Shown here in pieces: positions 8,606 to 20,078 of a stretch of 64,000 nt of DNA. The translations under genes and the position numbers were made by a program. Location of the stretch: the NCBI GenBank assembly GCA_016699105.1, contig CP064960.1:875696-939695 (forward strand). The letters are read 5' to 3'. The stretch's first letter is position 1, and the number at the start of each line of letters is the position of its first letter. Source of the stretch: a bacterium. Lineage in GTDB: Bacteria > Patescibacteriota > Saccharimonadia > UBA4664. The notes below the pieces were generated by a model. It was not told the origin of the DNA. It searched no databases and was given only the letters and a program-made list of their open reading frames with translations.

Positions 8606-8635
8606 ATTGTACCTGTTTTACGTTCGAGAACGCAA
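8606..8635 (-). promoter_or_regulatory. Promoter of the tRNA-Tyr/Thr (and rpmG) transcription unit.
   Basis: Reverse complement TTGCGT (8630-8635), an 18-nt spacer and TACAAT (8606-8611), about 20 nt upstream of the tRNA-Tyr 5' end. Confidence 0.5.
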
Positions 8636-8671
8636 GAGTAACCTCTGCGACAGTTATGCTAGCATAGAGAC

Positions 8672-9141
8672 ATGCGCAAAAATACTGTAATTTGGATTGC
8701 AAGTGGTATTATTACTGCTTTCGTTGCCGGTACTAGTACGTATGTGATTCATAGTAGGGTCGGGCCTCTCGTATCGCCTTCACTCGCCAAACGTATGAAC
8801 TTTGTGGCATATACTCCATCACACCTCCTGATGGTTATCACATAGATCGTGCTTCCGTGAAATATGATAGCGGTTTTTTGACATACGGAATCGATACTCC
8901 GCTTGGCCGTATTATTGTAACCCAACAGCATCAACCGGCTGATTTTAAACTTGAAGAATTAGGTTTCCAAGGTATGGAAGATGTTCAACAATTTTATATC
9001 GCTCAAGGTAAAGCCGCAACTGCCGTACTTCAAGATAGAATGGTAGTGTTCGCGCTGACCGGTCAAACGATGATAAGCATGAATGGACCAGTAAATCTCT
9101 CGCGCGAGTCGATGCAAATACTAGCTTCCTCGCTACGCTAG
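8672..9141 (+). CDS. Hypothetical membrane-anchored protein with a frameshift near 8810-8830.
   Basis: MRKNTVIWIASGIITAFVAG... reads to a stop. A shifted frame then continues ...HIDRASVKYDSGFLTYGIDTPLGRIIVTQQHQP..., which is track ORF 8857-9141. Confidence 0.45.
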
Positions 9142-9149
9142 TTTTTACT

Positions 9150-12100
9150 CTAGCGCTGGGAGCTTAGATTGGTTCTGAACTGGTAATAGTCGATATGTAC
9201 AACCCGTTGAGTAGTTCCGGCAGTTTTTCTGATACCCAAGAACTGTTGAGTTAAGTTTGAATTTGTATCTGGAATATTTGCGGTTATGGCACTACCAAGA
9301 GATGTACCATCCATGTAGTACGACACACTTGTGGCATTTGCGTTGACCACAATTCTAAAGCGGTGCCAGCCCGTAGCCACGGCGGTACTCGATGAGGTTT
9401 CGGTTCTGGTGCCACCCTTGGCGGCGCCAAATCGCCAGTTGGTACTCGTAGCACGGTCATATTCGATATAGAGTCCGTTGTTGCAGTCGGCAGTTGTAAC
9501 GTCACACAGCCCGGCGTGCATAATGTAATCATTTGTTCCATCGGCGAGTGTTGGTACGTTGATGGCAAATTCGATTTCTTCACCTCCCCTATGAAGAAGT
9601 CGGCGTTGCCTGGTCCCCAGATAGAATCTCGGCCTGTTGTGGTCGTGCCTGTACCAAGCTCCATTATGCCTGGCCGGTTTGCCAGTGTAGTACTTGGCCA
9701 AGCGTTACCGGCACCTGTGCCAGACGTTTCTTCGGCCCAGTTGTTAATATTAAGATTTCCACCGAGGAAATCATCGGTAAAGTTGACTCCCCAACTAAGT
9801 TTCTCGGGACCGTTACACGGTTGCCAGATGCTATCAATATAACAACGAACCTGCTTCATACTTGAGTTGTAGTACATGGCTCCTTCAACACCGGTTGGAT
9901 CGCCAGCATTAGTCTTGTTTCCTAGTACTAGCAAGGTGCCAACCGTATCACCGGCAGTTGGGCCAACATAGAGTCGAGCGGCGGAAGTGTCGACGGTAAA
10001 GAGCGAAGTAGCTGAAGCGTTTTGAATCTGGAAAGCGGTTGTTGAGTCATTTGACGATTGAGGTTTGATGATGACGCTACCGCCACTCCCCGATCCAGAT
10101 TTAGCACCACCTGATATCGTGACATTTCCTCCGTTGCCATTTGTAGAGGTGGCTGCGCCGCCCTGGACAATTACATTGCCACCATTGCCGGTGGCGCCAT
10201 TGCCGCTGTCGCCGGCCTGTATTGTTAATGCGCCTCCGGCTCCGGTACCATTGCCTTTCGCTGAGTAGATTGATAGGTTGTCGCCTGCTGTGTTTGATGC
10301 CGATTGATCATTGACTCTGATATTCCTGTTGGCGCCTTGGAAAAAGACAAAGTCACCCGTTAGATAACCAATGTGATTTTGCGTATCAACCGAGAATGTA
10401 GTGTATCCACCAGAGTCTTTGACATCAAGGGTTGCAGTTGAAGCAACATTGCCAAGAACAGTTGTGCCGGCAGCGTACAATCCGCCAGATGCGATATATA
10501 CACCTTTAGTATCAGCTCCTTCAACATATAGTCCGTAATCCGTAGAACCGGCAGTTTGGTTATTAATATATATGCCTGTATTTGTTGTAATGGTGCCGCT
10601 TGGGTTGACGGCACCTTGTATCGTGAGTCCTGTCGCTACGCCTATAGTACCACCGCTATTATTATTTACACCCGCAGTCAGAGCATCGGCATAATCAATT
10701 GTTCCGTTGTTAGTATTGTTTATCTGGAAGTTTCCACCTGCAGCGTAGCCTAACGTGTCTGACGCAGCAGCATATTCAACGTAGCCTTGTACACCTTGTA
10801 ATACTGCGCTTGATACATTTCCTGAAGCGGAAATGATGGAACCATTCACTGCGTTATATTGCTGTGAACTTGCCCCCGATGGGCTTACAGTCAGATCAAA
10901 TGAGCCAGCATTTTGTTCATGCGTTGCAGATTGAGCGGTGCCTTCAATATAAAGGTTTGTGCCATCGGCGACATTTGGCACCAAACCAGTTGTTTCAATG
11001 TAATTTGCTCGAATATTTTCGACGTTGATGGTGCCCGTTTGTGTAGTACCCGGAAAGCTACCTTGCAACGCCACATACGTGCCAGTAGTCCCGCCACACG
11101 AACTAACTGCTGTGGTACAGATGGTATATGGCCCAGCGGCAACGGTACGGTCGAGATTGTAGGTAATATCGCCGTCTGCCTGAGAACCGGTAAAGCCTAA
11201 GGTGGTACTATTGGTGCCGTTGCTGCTGGCGAGGCTGACTGAGCTGCCACCTTGTAGGGTGAGCGAAGGTGGTGTGCCGGTGGCACGACCTATAGTGATT
11301 GAGCTTGCGTTGGTGGGCGCTATAGTAATTGCTCCAGTCGTACCAGTGCCTGTTTTGGCACCGCTATCAATAATGATATTGCCGCTACTGTTATTCGTAC
11401 CGTTACCAAAACCGCTCAATATACTCACATTCCCGGTAGCTGTTCCTGAGCCATTTGTATTGCCAGATGTGACTGTGAGGTTTGATGATGACGTATTGAG
11501 TGATTGAGTTTTTAATTTAAAGGTAGTGTTACTACCATCCCAGCCAAGACCAGCTGAGCTGCTTTCGTCTGGTGAGTATATGCCAATGGTGGGGTTATTG
11601 TCCGTTGTTGCACGGGCATCAGCAATGATGATGCCACGAGCACCGGGGTCTGAGGTGCTAAGCATACCTAGGGCTACGCCAGATTTATTTGCAGCGTAGC
11701 TTAGGTTATCGAGTACTAAGCGAGCGTCTCAGGTTGTAGCTCGTAGCAGGCGTAACGAGTGTTGTGTTACTTCCGCCAGAGCCAATAAAGGTGCCGCCTT
11801 GAACGGTCAAAATTGAGTTGGTGCCTTGGGTACAGCCACCAGCACCGATGATACAGACTGTACCATTAAACTTGTTTTGGCCGATCGTTTCATCGACGTT
11901 ATAATAGATCACCGTGCCATCGTGATTCTTTACTTGAAAATTTGCATTGTCAACTGTTGTAGCTTGGAAAATGGCTCGACCCACCGTATCTATGGTGAAG
12001 TTGGTGTTGCCGCCAGTGCCCATGGTGATAGCACCGGTGCCACTACCAGCTTGGATGTTGACTGCCGTGTTATTAACAGCGTTTCCAATGGTGATGGTTT

Positions 12101-15100
12101 TTACGCCTGTGCCCGTACCAATGTTGACTGCACCCGTGCTAGTGCCGGTGTTGATGTTGGTGGTGTTGTTACTGGAGGCGTTGAGGTTAATGGTACCATT
12201 TGCGAGGGTTACTGCATTGGTAGATGAATCAACATTTAGGTATGTGCTCGTACCATTGGCGTTCTGAACGAGGAAGGCGGTTGTCGAGTTAGCACCTCGG
12301 AACAAGAAGTCGCCGTTGGCAGCCTGTGACTGCCCACCATACACCGTACCCGTACCACTATCATTGATAGTGCCGCTGCCAAGTGAGTTGCTGGAAAGAT
12401 AATTAGTGTTGGAACCGGCACTAGCGATGCGGATGGCGTAGTTGGTGGTGACAGCAGAACTGTCAGTGATGGTGTTATCGGTGATGGTGTTGCTGTCGGA
12501 GTTGTTTAGGACATAGATGGCGTTGTTGTCAGTGGTGTTGCCGGAGTTTTGGATACGGTTGTCGGTGATAGTGTTGCTTGACGAGTCGTCGAGGGTAATA
12601 CTGTAGCCCGTGTTCGCGTTGAAGGTGTTACCACTGACGGCGCTGTCGCCACTACTGTACAAGATGAGCGCATCGGTATTGCTGTCGAAGGTGTTGCCGG
12701 TAATGGTACTGTGCGTAGCCCCGTATTGGAATAAAGCTTTGTTAGTGCTGCCACGGAAAATGTTCCCCGTGACGGTAGTATTGCGGGTGCCAGATCCATC
12801 GAGTCGCAGACCCCAGTAGTTAGCTAGGAAGGTATTGTTGGTGAAGCTGTTGTTGGACGAGCTGTCATTGTAGATACCTACGGGAGCTGTGCCGCCAGCA
12901 TCGATGCTGTAGAGCGTGGAGTTGGAAACAACGTTGTTTTCTGATGCGTCGAAGTAGATACCGGCATCACGGATATCACTGACGTAGACATTACTTATGC
13001 GGGCACCAACGCGACCAGCAGCCTGATTACCTATGTGGTAGAGGTACATACCATACTGGGTGATAGTACCAGTCTGGAGTGATTGTTGGCCATCCAGTTT
13101 TAGGTCACGGATGGTTATGCCCGCACCAGTAGTGGTATCACTGTTCTCTATGAGGTTGTCAGTTGCATCAATATCTGCAAGTTGGATGAGGCTACCAACC
13201 CCTACACCCGAGAGGGTAGTGTTATTGGGAATAAGGATTGTGGCGTCGGCAGTGTAGGTACCTGCCAGGAGGACAACCTTTTTGCCACTGGCGGCCGTTA
13301 AGGCAGAGTTAATTTGAACTTGGTCGCCATCACCTGCTGCGCCGGTGTTGCCGTCGGCGACATAATCGGCGGCATCTTTGTCGGACTGGGAAGAATTGCT
13401 GGCGGCGACAATGATAGCATCGGTGCGATCAGCCACCCACTTGGAGTTGTTGTAGGTCAGGAGTTGGTGGGTGTCGGTGTCGTAGTAAACCATGCCCTCG
13501 GTGGGTGATCCGGGGCGTGAGGCGGTGTTGCCGCCGGTGACTTTGAGCGATTTGCCAGCGGCAAGCACTGTGTTTTGATTGAGGTTGATGGCGGTAGCAT
13601 TGGTGGTACCAATGGCCAGGGCGACGCCGGTAGCGGTGTCGATGAGCGGAGATTGTAAAGCTGTATCAGCTCGACCAGTTCCACTTATCCAATAATTAGT
13701 AGTTGTTTGTGCACCGGCGTTTTGGTTTTGGATGAAGCTTGCACTCGTACCGGCAGCGCAAGTGGTTGTTAGGCATATCGTTCCGGTAGCGTCAGGTAAT
13801 GTGATTATCTGGTCGGCTGTTGGATTCGTAACCTGAAAGATAGTCTCATTGGCATCAGCTCCCGAGCCTTCAAAAGTGAAAACACTGGTGCCTTGGATGG
13901 TACCATTAATACTCACTAGATCCGCTGTGGCATCCCCTAATGCTACACTGCCATTAATATTTAAAGCACCAGTTAGCAAGCTGGCCGCACTTGAGTTACT
14001 GTAGATAGCATAGTTACTATTAGCACTTCCATTGCCATTGCCCTGAATGTAGAGACCATAGTTGTTGGTTCCACTCGTGTTACCAGTGGCTAATGTGAGG
14101 TTGATACCATAATTATTGAGTGTACCACCTACTCCGGCTGCAGTTGTGCTGCCACCAACTCGGATCTGGTTGTTTTCAAAAATACCCGTGGTATTGCCGC
14201 CGTTGTCGGTATTGCCACTTATTTTTATGCCGTTGTAGGTAGCTATCTTGTTGGTGCCACTTAAGACTGGTTGACCAACCCACATACCGGTAGCTTCAGT
14301 GATGGTACCGGTGTAGCCAGCACCAGTACGGACATCTGTTTGGATGCCACTGACTTGGCCAATGCTGAGGGCACTCCCAGAAACAGTGGTGGAGTTTGAC
14401 ATGCCGTAGATATTCGAAAGCGAGGCACCTGAAGGGTTGAAGCTGACATCGTTTTGTAATCCATATTGACTACCAGTATTACTGGCGTTGACCGTGCCAC
14501 CGACGCTGAGCTTATAGCTGCCAGTACTCGTACCCGTGATACCGACAGTGTTGTTAGAAACAATCAGGTCACCAGTGACGGTGGTTTTAGCTTGGAGGTT
14601 AATACCGCCAGTGGTACCAGCAGCGATGTTGACGGTGTTGTTGGTGTTACTATTGTTGCCTATGGTAGTTAAACTCGTTCCGGTTGCATTGATGCTTGCA
14701 GCACCTGTTACCGTTAAGCCTCCTGTACCTTGCATCAAGCCTGTACTACTATTAACACCAACGCTCGTAACTCCCCGCTTGAGTTTACAGAGAAAACCGT
14801 ACTACCACTATTTTGGAGTGTTACTAAATTGCCACTGCCACTCGTGACGTTAATGCCAATAGCTGGATTACTTACCGTTGAAGCTGTTTGCACACCCTGT
14901 GCAAGCTGTACAAACTGACCACTGGTCAGACCCCAACGCTCCCGGAATTAAAAGCATAGGTATTGGCACCGAGGCGTTTAAACGGTGTCATTTGGCCATC
15001 ATATGTTGGACTCCCTCCCGTACCGGTACCGCCCACATCCATGGATAGCCATAAGGTATCTTGGTTCCAATCAACCGCGGACAAACTCGTAATACTTCCC

Positions 15101-15447
15101 AATCGGATGGAAAAGTAGCCGTTTTTGACAGTCACTCCTTGTGAGGCAGAATTTTGCCAAGTTTCCGTCCACAGGAGATGCTCGTTGGTAGCATGAGCGG
15201 TACACGATCCCGGATCAGTACCGGTTGTATCACCATTGCCATCGCAGTAGATCTTAAAGCGCATGTTGTAATCACCATCTGAAACGACTGCTCCTGAGGC
15301 CGTGAGGAGCCGTCCTTGGAAATTGAGCTGAGAATTGATGCCAGCTGCCGCTTGGGTGACTGAAGTATTTATAATCCAGCTATTGGCAACTAATGCAACG
15401 ACAATAAGCCCAGCCCAAAGTGGAACCAGACGCAGCCGAGAGTACAT
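9150..15447 (-). CDS. Giant (~2100 aa) secreted surface protein with parallel beta-helix repeats and a C-terminal LamG/ConA-like domain; split into 4 track ORFs by indels.
   Basis: The start at 15447 has an AAGAAGG Shine-Dalgarno and a signal peptide MYSRLRLVPLWAGLIVVALVA. The middle carries PbH1-type repeats (NNTFLANYWGLRLDGSGTRNTTVTGNIFRGSTN...TGNTFDSNTD...NTITDN...). The last ~180 aa resemble a LamG/ConA-like lectin fold. Composition is Gly/Thr/Ser/Asn-rich throughout. Confidence 0.8.
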
Positions 15448-15599
15448 TATTCGCCTTCTTGGGATTGTTTGCCTATCTGCAAACACGCGCTTCGCACCTC
15501 ACAGCTATACGATATGAGTATACTGGTTATGGCTGTCTGACCGCAAGTGGTAATACTGCTAGTTTTGAGTTAGTGGTACGAATTTGAGGTTAGCGGTTG

Positions 15600-16577
15600 T
15601 CATGATATTGGTTCCAAGTTATTAAACACATGTTTAATTGTTGCATCTGTGATGGTGCTATATGCGTCTTCATTGAGTGTTAGAATACCGCCGGCCAATT
15701 CATACCATGCAAAACCGCCTGTCCATTCAGGGATTTGACTATGACCACTGAATCGACGCTCTATTATGTGTACCAAACCGGGACGATAAATGAGATTAAA
15801 CGGCTGATTGCGAGCTTGGTGGCGCTGAATGTGTCGCCAGGCCGATGCAGCACTCGTGCTTGTAGTCATTGGCAACGGGTAGTGGGAGACAAAGTTGGCG
15901 TCAAAGATGGGCAAATCAGGAGCATCAGGTAAATATTGAAAGTGGAGATGGTTGATACTCTCTCCCCCGCCATGGGTGTTGTAACCGATAAGTAAACGAG
16001 GTTGGAATTGGCCTAAATGTGTAGCCATGTCCCAAGCGAGCTGATGATACTTCGTCTCAAGGTATTGTTCGCGGTTCGTTTGGCGATCCGGGACGATCAG
16101 ACTGTGATATGGTTCAAGTGGATACTTACTATAGAATAACTCAGTTGAGATGCTGTTAATCTGACCTTGCCAGAAGCTTTCACCAGACGTTTGATTGAAA
16201 TTGAAGGACTTTGGATCGTAAGCTTTGTGGACGACATTGATGGCCATAGCTGAGTCGCGTGGCGGTCGGAGTGCCCGTAAGGCGTTGTAGCTGACAAGCC
16301 AGCCGGCTGCCGTTTGGCGATGTCGGACAAGATGGATTGGGTCGGCGACATTATCTAAGTATCTTAAGATTTTGTTATCAATTTTGTGATCATCGGACAG
16401 ATCAAGGGATTTAGCTTGGCGTATGGTAATTTCGATGAGCCGACTGTCGCCAAGGGCAATGGCGTGGTTTAACACCAGTACTAAACTGGCTGCCGTTGGA
16501 TTGGGGGCTTCAGCCATGGCAGCTAGGCGTCGGCAAAACACCTGGTGAAAGCGCGACAATGGACCCAGATCGTCCAT
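15600..16577 (-). CDS. HIT-superfamily (GalT-branch) nucleotidyltransferase/phosphorylase-like protein.
   Basis: ...GYNTHGGGESINHLHFQYLP... carries the HxHxQ motif of GalT, Ap4A phosphorylase and GDP-hexose phosphorylase enzymes. Confidence 0.55.
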   Translation of the reverse strand: MDDLGPLSRFHQVFCRRLAAMAEAPNPTAASLVLVLNHAIALGDSRLIEITIRQAKSLDLSDDHKIDNKILRYLDNVADPIHLVRHRQTAAGWLVSYNALRALRPPRDSAMAINVVHKAYDPKSFNFNQTSGESFWQGQINSISTELFYSKYPLEPYHSLIVPDRQTNREQYLETKYHQLAWDMATHLGQFQPRLLIGYNTHGGGESINHLHFQYLPDAPDLPIFDANFVSHYPLPMTTSTSAASAWRHIQRHQARNQPFNLIYRPGLVHIIERRFSGHSQIPEWTGGFAWYELAGGILTLNEDAYSTITDATIKHVFNNLEPIS

Positions 16578-16611
16578 GCACCCGAAACCTTTCTAACAAT
16601 TTGGTAATTAC

Positions 16612-16686
16612 TGGAGCCGACGACAGGAATCGAACCCGCAACCTACTGTTTACAAAACAGTTGCTCTACCGTTGAGCTACATCGGC
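16612..16686 (-). tRNA. trnT: tRNA-Thr (anticodon TGT).
   Basis: Reverse complement gccgatgtagctcaacggtagagcaactgtttTGTaaacagtaggttgcgggttcgattcctgtcgtcggctcca. The anticodon stem is actgt/acagt with the 7-nt loop tttgtaa. Confidence 0.8.
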
Positions 16687-16715
16687 ATAATAACCTGCTT
16701 CATCATACTTTGACA

Positions 16716-17306
16716 TCAGGACTGTTTCAAGTTGGTATTAGTTTTATTTGCTGTTAATTCGACTGTTATTTCCGCCCGCAGCTCCTGAAGTCTTGGTGAT
16801 TTATCAATTGCGATTGCCTTATCGAGTGACGCAATGGCACCACTAAAATCAGAGAAGCGACGTTGAGCTTTGGCTAATCCAAGATAACGAGCAGCCGTGG
16901 GTTCAAAGGATATAGCCTTTTCAAATGCGGCAATGGCTTTCATATAGTTACGATTGTCATGGAAAACTAAAGCGAGATTTTGAAATGTACTACCAGATGG
17001 GCGTATTCGGGCGGCCATCTGAAAGCACTCGATGGCATCAGCCATGTTTTTCTGGGTTGAATAGATCACTCCGAGATGAGTATATGCAGTGATATTCTTA
17101 TGATCAACTTTGAGAACGTTTAGGTAGGCTTTTTCGGCTGCCAGCCATTTACGTTCAGCATACAATCTGTCGGCAAAATCTGACAGATGAGACAGCTGCG
17201 TAGACTGTCGACGCGGCGCTAAATGTGGATGACGATCAGTAAGTTTTTGATTATTCAGTGACATTGCTAGGACGCCGAATGCGATCAGAATGATGGCTAT
17301 TTCCAT
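16716..17306 (-). CDS. Membrane-anchored TPR-repeat protein.
   Basis: N-terminal transmembrane helix MEIAIILIAFGVLAM, followed by repeated TPR-like motifs (A..Y..LG..Y....A...F..A). Confidence 0.7.
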   Translation of the reverse strand: MEIAIILIAFGVLAMSLNNQKLTDRHPHLAPRRQSTQLSHLSDFADRLYAERKWLAAEKAYLNVLKVDHKNITAYTHLGVIYSTQKNMADAIECFQMAARIRPSGSTFQNLALVFHDNRNYMKAIAAFEKAISFEPTAARYLGLAKAQRRFSDFSGAIASLDKAIAIDKSPRLQELRAEITVELTANKTNTNLKQS

Positions 17307-17310
17307 GTCT

Positions 17311-18033
17311 TTAGTTGTACTCTATCATTAAATATTCCAATGCAGTTTTCGGGTTTACGCCAGCACTTAAGTATCGGCGATAGGTATCGATAGCGTTTAG
17401 ACGACGGTTAAGTATATTCTGGTCATTCAATTGGGCTGCTTTAGTAATCATATGGCTGATTGACTGAATTAATACTCGTGGATCAATCGATTCTACCAAA
17501 TTTGACGCTTGGCAAAGACGATAGAATAGTTGTTGCGAAAACAGTGTATCAATATTCTTCACAATCCCTGCTGACTGTTCCTGTGAAGCATTTATGCGTA
17601 TGAGCTGGCAGCGTGAAACCAAAGTGGCTGGCAATGTTTGACTGCTCGTGCAAATAAACCCAATAATTGTAGCTGGTGGTGGTTCCTCGGCCAGTTTTAG
17701 GAGTGCGTTTGATGCTGGCAGTGTTAGACTATCGGCTGGATTGAAGATTACCATTCGCTGCATGTTGGCAATTGGTGGTTTCAGCGAAAGCTTTGCAGTG
17801 AGTGCACGAACGGCTTCGATGCCGATACTGGTTTTGTTCGTGAGGCCGATAGTGATGAGAAATTCAGCATTTCCCTGTAAAACACGCTGGCAATTCGTGC
17901 ACGGTTCGTTGGCAACGTGTTGGCAATTGAGTCTTTGAGCCAGTGACACCATCATATTATAAGCTGTTTGTATATCTGGCGACTCAACGATGACACTGGT
18001 GGCGGTGCCAGGTTGAATATGCTGAACGTTCAT
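17311..18033 (-). CDS. holB: DNA polymerase III delta-prime-like clamp-loader subunit.
   Basis: ...NALLKLAEEPP...TLPATLVSRCQLIR..., the delta-prime sensor and SRC-like region. Confidence 0.6.
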   Translation of the reverse strand: MNVQHIQPGTATSVIVESPDIQTAYNMMVSLAQRLNCQHVANEPCTNCQRVLQGNAEFLITIGLTNKTSIGIEAVRALTAKLSLKPPIANMQRMVIFNPADSLTLPASNALLKLAEEPPPATIIGFICTSSQTLPATLVSRCQLIRINASQEQSAGIVKNIDTLFSQQLFYRLCQASNLVESIDPRVLIQSISHMITKAAQLNDQNILNRRLNAIDTYRRYLSAGVNPKTALEYLMIEYN

Positions 18034-18046
18034 ACAAGCTATTATC

Positions 18047-18928
18047 TCATGTTTGGAGGGTATCGAGAAACGCCTGGAGATCTGGGGACAGTTGGCTGCT
18101 GATTGAGATTTGCTGGCCGCTGGGACCGGTTAATTCCAGTTTGATGGCGTGCAAGAATTGTCTGGTTAAACCGATGGGACGGGTAGACGGGCCGTAGACG
18201 GCGTCGCCGGCAATGGGGTGTCCGATAGCGGCAAGATGGATGCGTATTTGATGAGTACGTCCGGTTTGGGGTCGGACTTCGAGTAAGGTGTAGCCTTTGA
18301 ATATGGTTTTAACTTCGTAATCTGTTACCGCTGGGCGGCCATTGGGGACGACGGCTTGGCGTAAGGGGTGCTGAGGATCGCGGCCGAGTGGTAGATCAAT
18401 GGTCAGCTGGTCCTTGGCGGGCCGGCCAATAACCAGGGCAGAATACGTTTTAGCAATGCGGCGCTCGGCCAAGGCGGTTTGAAGATATTGACGGGCGGCG
18501 GCGGTGCGGGCAATCATCAATAATCCAGATGTATCCTTATCTAAGCGGTGAACAATACCGGAGCGGTCAGATTGGTGGTCGGTGGTAATGGTGGCTGCAA
18601 AATCGCTGACGTAACTGACTTCGGGTTGTCCAGCACCAGGGTGCACACTGATGCCAGCTGGTTTATCGATGATCATGAGATCGTCGTCGCTATACAAAAT
18701 CGTGAGGTCGGGTACGGGGCGCGGTACGGGAGTTTGGACTGGTGCGGGCGTATACGTAATAGTCTGACCTGGAGCTACCCGCAAATTGGGAGTAGCGGCT
18801 TGGCCATCGACGGTCACCAAACCAGCGTTGATAGCCGCTTTGATGCTACTACGGCTGAGCTGCGCAACTTGAGCGAGGTAGACGTCGAGCCGCAAAGGCT
18901 CTGACGATGCCGGTACGATATATTGCAT
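18047..18928 (-). CDS. rluD: RluA-family 23S rRNA pseudouridine synthase (S4 domain plus catalytic domain).
   Basis: LRLDVYLAQ... is the S4 part, and ...IVHRLDKDTSGLLMIART... carries the catalytic Asp motif. Confidence 0.8.
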   Translation of the reverse strand: MQYIVPASSEPLRLDVYLAQVAQLSRSSIKAAINAGLVTVDGQAATPNLRVAPGQTITYTPAPVQTPVPRPVPDLTILYSDDDLMIIDKPAGISVHPGAGQPEVSYVSDFAATITTDHQSDRSGIVHRLDKDTSGLLMIARTAAARQYLQTALAERRIAKTYSALVIGRPAKDQLTIDLPLGRDPQHPLRQAVVPNGRPAVTDYEVKTIFKGYTLLEVRPQTGRTHQIRIHLAAIGHPIAGDAVYGPSTRPIGLTRQFLHAIKLELTGPSGQQISISSQLSPDLQAFLDTLQT

Positions 18929-19919
18929 TAGCGGATGAGTTCGGAGGCGGCCGTCAGATCAGGTTTGGAACCAAGAATGATGAGCCTGTCGCCAGGATAG
19001 ATAATTTCTTTACCGGTGGGTCGCACTCGACTGGAACCATCGACGCCATTGATGGCAATTACCGTGGCGCCAACCTCGTCTTCGGCTAAGGAGCGGCCGA
19101 GGGCTTTGCCAGACAGCCGTGAATGCTCGCCGACGACCATTTCTTCGACTTCTAATTCGCTCGATCCATTTTTCGTCATTATGTCCATATAATCGACTAC
19201 ATTTGGCCGCAGTGCCATTGAAGCCATGTGATACCCACCTATCTGGTACGGCATAGCCACCCGATCGGCGCCGGCACGTTTGAGCTTGACCTCGTTTTCG
19301 GGGCGATTAGCACGGGCTACAATGTACAAATTGGGATTGAGCGAGCGGGCAGCTAAAACTACAAATAAATTGAGTGAATCTTCACTTAAACAAGCAACAA
19401 GCCCAGCTGCTTTCTCGATACCAACTTCTTTGAGTGCCGATTCATCGGTACTATCGAGCATTAAAGCGTTACCGCCAAGGGCTAGCATTTCATCAACCTT
19501 GGTCTGATCTAGATCGAGGCCGACGAACGCTACGCCCTCGTGACTCATCTCGCCCGCAACTTGGGAACCAACTCGGCCCAGTCCACAGACAATGTAGTGA
19601 CCCGACATTTTTTCAACTTTTTCTTCACCCGCAACCTTTTGACATTAGTGGTTAGACCCATCATATAGTCGGCCAATGTTTTAATCAAATACGCCACAAT
19701 GGCGAAGTTAGCGAAAATTAGGATGAGAACGACTAATCGGCCCCAAGGATCAGCAAAGCCATGATGATCAATATGGGTCAACAAGATGATAGTCGCACTG
19801 TATAAGGCTTCGCTATAGGGCAACTTTTCGATATAGCTCAACGCCCAAGCTGCCAACACTATCAATGCGACAGTAGCCAGGCCTAAGCGTCTGATGTTTT
19901 TGACGTTATGTTTATCCAC
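18928..19919 (-). CDS. Potassium channel with a C-terminal RCK/TrkA-N domain; one frameshift.
   Basis: The N-terminal piece 19545-19919 carries transmembrane helices and a pore helix. The C-terminal piece reads YIVCGLGRVGSQVAGEM...GVAFVGLD, a TrkA-N Rossmann fold. The pieces overlap at 19545-19608 in different frames. Confidence 0.7.
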
Positions 19920-20002
19920 GTGTGATTACTATTATAATGCTTATGGCAAAGCGGCGAAACACCTGAATTACGCGTGAACTATCACGTATTGAAACGAAAA
20001 GT

Positions 20003-20076
20003 ACATATATTTCCGCCAGCGAGGACTGTTCGAGCGTGGAGCGCGAGTTTCGCAGCCAGGAAGTATATGTACTGTC
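20003..20076 (-). terminator. Long imperfect hairpin (15-bp stem) plus T-run immediately after rpsI.
   Basis: agtacatatatttcc...ggaagtatatgtact is a 15-bp stem with a 44-nt loop. On the minus strand it is followed by ttttcgttt. Confidence 0.45.
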
Positions 20077-20078
20077 GT

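Noticed and set aside
9516-14918. Numerous 60-130-aa plus-strand ORFs inside and antisense to the giant surface-protein gene (for example 11826-12227, 11947-12267, 14536-14847), and other-frame minus-strand ORFs.
   Set aside because: These are shadow ORFs created by the low-complexity, G/T-rich repetitive coding sequence. Their proteins are Pro/Val/Leu-rich junk with no start context. The sense frame gives a coherent beta-helix protein.
16612-16686. Possible second tRNA-Tyr (a GTA triplet in the anticodon region).
   Set aside because: Proper 5-bp stem pairing (actgt/acagt) with a 7-nt loop places TGT at positions 34-36. The short variable arm is also incompatible with bacterial tRNA-Tyr. I call it tRNA-Thr(TGT).
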